Assembly: GCA_000004985.1 (NCBI GenBank)
Contig: GG739470.1
Strand: one strand, 5' to 3'
DNA length: 1,256 bases
From: Naegleria gruberi
Taxonomy: Eukaryota
Part shown: piece after piece, positions 1 through 1,256 of the stretch
How positions within the stretch are numbered: position 1 is the stretch's first letter
How the letters are laid out: each line of letters starts with the position of its first letter
Program-made: the position numbers and the translations under genes
Notes under the pieces: model-generated
Databases searched by the model: none
What the model saw: only the letters and a program-made list of their open reading frames with translations
What the model was told of the DNA's origin: nothing

Positions 1-221
1 TTGATGTAAAATTGATCCAAATCAGCAAATTCTAATTTCTGATTTAAATTCGTTAATTGTAAAATTGATTTTTCATAATAATCCCAAATTAATTCATAGC
101 AAATTCGTTGCCAATATTTACAAACTCGAGAGAAGGTAACAAGTAATTCTACATGACTGATATGAGAGAGAATTTCTCCGATCAAATCGTTGGGTAAAAC
201 TTCAAAGATGTTTTGCGCCAT
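1..221 (-). CDS. F-box domain protein, N-terminal portion. Partial CDS: the start codon is at 221..219 and the gene continues past the left window edge.
   Basis: The reverse-complement of 1..221 translates without a stop as MAQNIFEVLPNDLIGEILSHISHVELLVTFSRVCKYWQRICYELIWDYYEKSILQLTNLNQKLEFADLDQFYI (73 codons plus 2 nt). Residues 9-40 match the F-box consensus LPxE/DLxxxILxxLxxxxLxxxxxVCKxW, with an aromatic W-D-Y-Y after it. On the minus strand the ATG sits in an A-rich context (aaaaaaaaaaATGGCG). There is an in-frame TAA at 272..270 upstream with no ATG in between, so this is the first available start. Local GC rises to about 37% over 121..221 against about 20-27% in the intergenic DNA. The ORF is absent from the supplied track, presumably because it is short and has no stop inside the window. 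Confidence 0.8.
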   Translation of the reverse strand, partial: MAQNIFEVLPNDLIGEILSHISHVELLVTFSRVCKYWQRICYELIWDYYEKSILQLTNLNQKLEFADLDQFYI

Positions 222-230
222 TTTTTTTTT
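221..230 (+). repeat. T10 homopolymer, which reads as A10 on the minus strand directly abutting the F-box ATG
   Basis: Read directly: tttttttttt at 221..230. Position 221 is also the A of the minus-strand ATG. Confidence 0.95.
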
Positions 231-261
231 TACTAATTTTTTCAGAAAACTTTTTGTAAAG

Positions 262-278
262 TTTGAATATTATTCAAA
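262..278. promoter_or_regulatory. Perfect inverted repeat tttgaata-t-tattcaaa (8-bp arms, 1-nt spacer). Candidate dimeric transcription-factor site in the proximal upstream region of the F-box gene.
   Basis: The reverse complement of 262..269 equals 271..278 exactly. It lies 41-57 bp upstream of the minus-strand ATG. A related aatattcaa copy occurs at 287..295. Confidence 0.3.
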
Positions 279-484
279 TTGCAACCAATATTCAATACAC
301 AATTGGGAAAAAACAAAAACCTGTAAAATAAAAATTGGTTTCCAGTGGAAACAAATGCTTAGGATTATCATTTTGTATTTAAGGAATTTAACAGCTGAAG
401 GTTATCTATACGGATTCTATATATTAGATTTTGATCATTTTTTGCCAGTTTTTATGATTTTACATATTTTAGTTTGTTATCTCA

Positions 485-498
485 ATATATATATATAT
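485..498. repeat. (AT)7 dinucleotide microsatellite
   Basis: atatatatatatat read directly from the sequence. Confidence 0.95.
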
Positions 499-774
499 TT
501 CAAATGTAAACCCCACTTATTAATTAGTAGCTTAATTCTTTATAGTTATAAATGGAGAAAAACCTAAATTATTGATCAATAGGAGTTGCTTAATGATTAC
601 TAAAACATAAAAATTGTTCAAGATGAATAGAAACATTATCAGACTCGTATCATTTCATTCTGTTGGTATTCTGTTAAAATACCTTTTACCACTTAAACAC
701 AAAGAAGAACAATTCTTGGAGTTTTTTTGCAAACTTTCCCCCTTACTGTAGTGCAATAAAAATTGAACATTCAA

Positions 775-788
775 ATATATATATATAT
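775..788. repeat. (AT)7 dinucleotide microsatellite
   Basis: atatatatatatat read directly. It is flanked by ttcaaat on the left, a heptamer that also sits immediately right of the 485..498 array. Confidence 0.95.
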
Positions 789-858
789 TGATAAAAATAG
801 AACTCGTTACTAATTTCACAACACAACACCCCATAAATTGGATAGTTGTAATTTTCTA

Positions 859-870
859 ATATATATATAT
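859..870. repeat. (AT)6 dinucleotide microsatellite
   Basis: atatatatatat read directly. Confidence 0.9.
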
Positions 871-1078
871 AACAGAATTATTATAATATTCGCCTTATTT
901 AAGGTGTTCTATTAGTTTTCTATCTAGTAATTTAACTTTAATGTTGGTATGTTTTGCTTTTCAAAGAGAAAATCTTACTAAATAATCTTGAATGTAATCT
1001 CTCCTGTTACTTTTCACCCTTATTGAATAATATTTTCTTGATTGCTCTCCTTTTTTGAGAAGAAGTTTGGGTAACCAA

Positions 1079-1086
1079 ATATATAT
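1079..1086. repeat. (AT)4 short dinucleotide run, 16 bp upstream of the candidate ATG at 1102
   Basis: atatatat read directly. It could double as a TATA-like element if the 5' UTR is very short. Confidence 0.7.
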
Positions 1087-1101
1087 TTTCATTTATTTAA
1101 C

Positions 1102-1256
1102 ATGGCTAAAAAAAATACAGTAAATTTCAATTTCTGCATTAATTGGATTGTAGAGGGTCCATATTTACTGAGGGTGTTGAAGGCTTACCTTTTCAGGAAG
1201 TTTGTACAACATGATTTATTGTTCTCTCCTAAAAAACCTGTAATGGGATGTTTGAA
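1102..1256 (+). CDS. Candidate 5' end of a protein-coding gene. Hypothetical protein, partial, continuing past the right window edge.
   Basis: ATG at 1102 in the context aacATGGCT. The frame stays open for 51 codons to the window edge: MAKKNTVNFNFCINWIVEGPYLLRVLKAYLFRKFVQHDLLFSPKKPVMGCL. There is an in-frame TAA at 1072..1074 upstream and 1102 is the first ATG after it. G is enriched at first codon positions (about 22%) relative to bulk G content. The last 60 nt are GC-richer than the intergenic DNA. I recognise no domain. An alternative minus-strand reading of the same bases exists (see findings). Confidence 0.3.
   Translation, partial: MAKKNTVNFNFCINWIVEGPYLLRVLKAYLFRKFVQHDLLFSPKKPVMGCL

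Larger units (their letters stand above)
222..1101. promoter_or_regulatory. Intergenic / putative shared 5' regulatory region between the minus-strand F-box gene and the candidate plus-strand gene
   Basis: About 20-27% GC, with no credible long coding frame on either strand. It contains CCAAT (285..289, +) and the inverse ATTGG (302..306), about 65-85 bp upstream of the minus ATG. TATA-like motifs: tatttaagg at 376..384 and 896..904, tataat at 882..887, ctatatattag at 427..437. Pyrimidine-rich patches at 1000..1027 and 1041..1056 lie just upstream of the 1102 ATG. None of the promoter elements can be proven from sequence alone. Confidence 0.4.

Noticed and set aside
190-567. The 125-aa plus-strand ORF from the supplied track (MGKTSKMFCAIFFFTNFFRKLF...)
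   Set aside because: The protein is low-complexity and dominated by F/I/L/Y/K/N. It is a literal translation of the T10 run (FFF) and of the (AT)7 microsatellite (NIYIYF). It has no recognisable motif. It overlaps the strongly supported F-box start codon antisense by 32 nt and runs through what is almost certainly that gene's promoter. Its length is statistically a little surprising for 27%-GC DNA: about 8% of random codons would be stops. The strand is T-rich and A-poor here, which depletes TAA/TAG/TGA. A protein search would settle it; a significant blastp or HMM hit would overturn this rejection.
657-675. Direct 8-mer repeat attctgtt ... attctgtt spaced 11 bp apart
   Set aside because: It is too short to distinguish from chance in biased-composition DNA and has no matching known motif that I can name with confidence.
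623-751. 42-codon plus-strand small ORF MNRNIIRLVSFHSVGILLKYLLPLKHKEEQFLEFFCKLSPLL
   Set aside because: It is short, has no recognisable motif and sits mid-intergenic. Frames of this length are expected occasionally by chance. Without transcript or conservation evidence it is not worth calling.
755-760. aataaa polyadenylation-like hexamer on the plus strand
   Set aside because: There is no credible upstream plus-strand gene that it could terminate, and the hexamer is common by chance at this base composition.
817-832. CA-rich motif cacaacacaacacccc
   Set aside because: It is a single short occurrence and could be a cis element, but its significance cannot be assessed from one copy. It is most likely incidental.
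1-1256. A prokaryotic-style novel system (defence island, CRISPR, toxin-antitoxin and similar)
   Set aside because: The window has eukaryotic hallmarks: an F-box domain, splice-site-like gtaag/ttttcag motifs, an A-rich start context and (AT)n microsatellites. It has no operon-like ORF packing, no RBS-like signals and no repeat-spacer arrays. I see nothing supporting such a system.

Overview
This is an AT-rich eukaryotic genomic window, about 27% GC overall, with no bacterial or phage hallmarks. The one feature I am confident of is on the minus strand at 221..1: the start of a gene whose first 73 codons form a textbook F-box motif (LPNDLIGEILSHISHVELLVTFSRVCKYWQRI). The gene runs off the left edge of the window. 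A second, much weaker candidate coding start lies on the plus strand at 1102 (ATGGCT...) and stays open to the right edge. If it is real, the two genes are divergently transcribed from a shared intergenic region of about 880 bp (222..1101). That region contains four short (AT)n microsatellites, CCAAT and TATA-like motifs, a perfect 8-bp-arm palindrome and pyrimidine-rich patches. The 125-aa ORF supplied in the track (190..567, +) is a low-complexity translation of this intergenic DNA and overlaps the F-box start codon antisense. I judge it spurious. I cannot identify any novel system here. It reads as an ordinary gene start plus promoter region from a low-GC eukaryote; the taxon cannot be determined from sequence alone. 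Nematode, insect, plant and other AT-rich lineages are all compatible.
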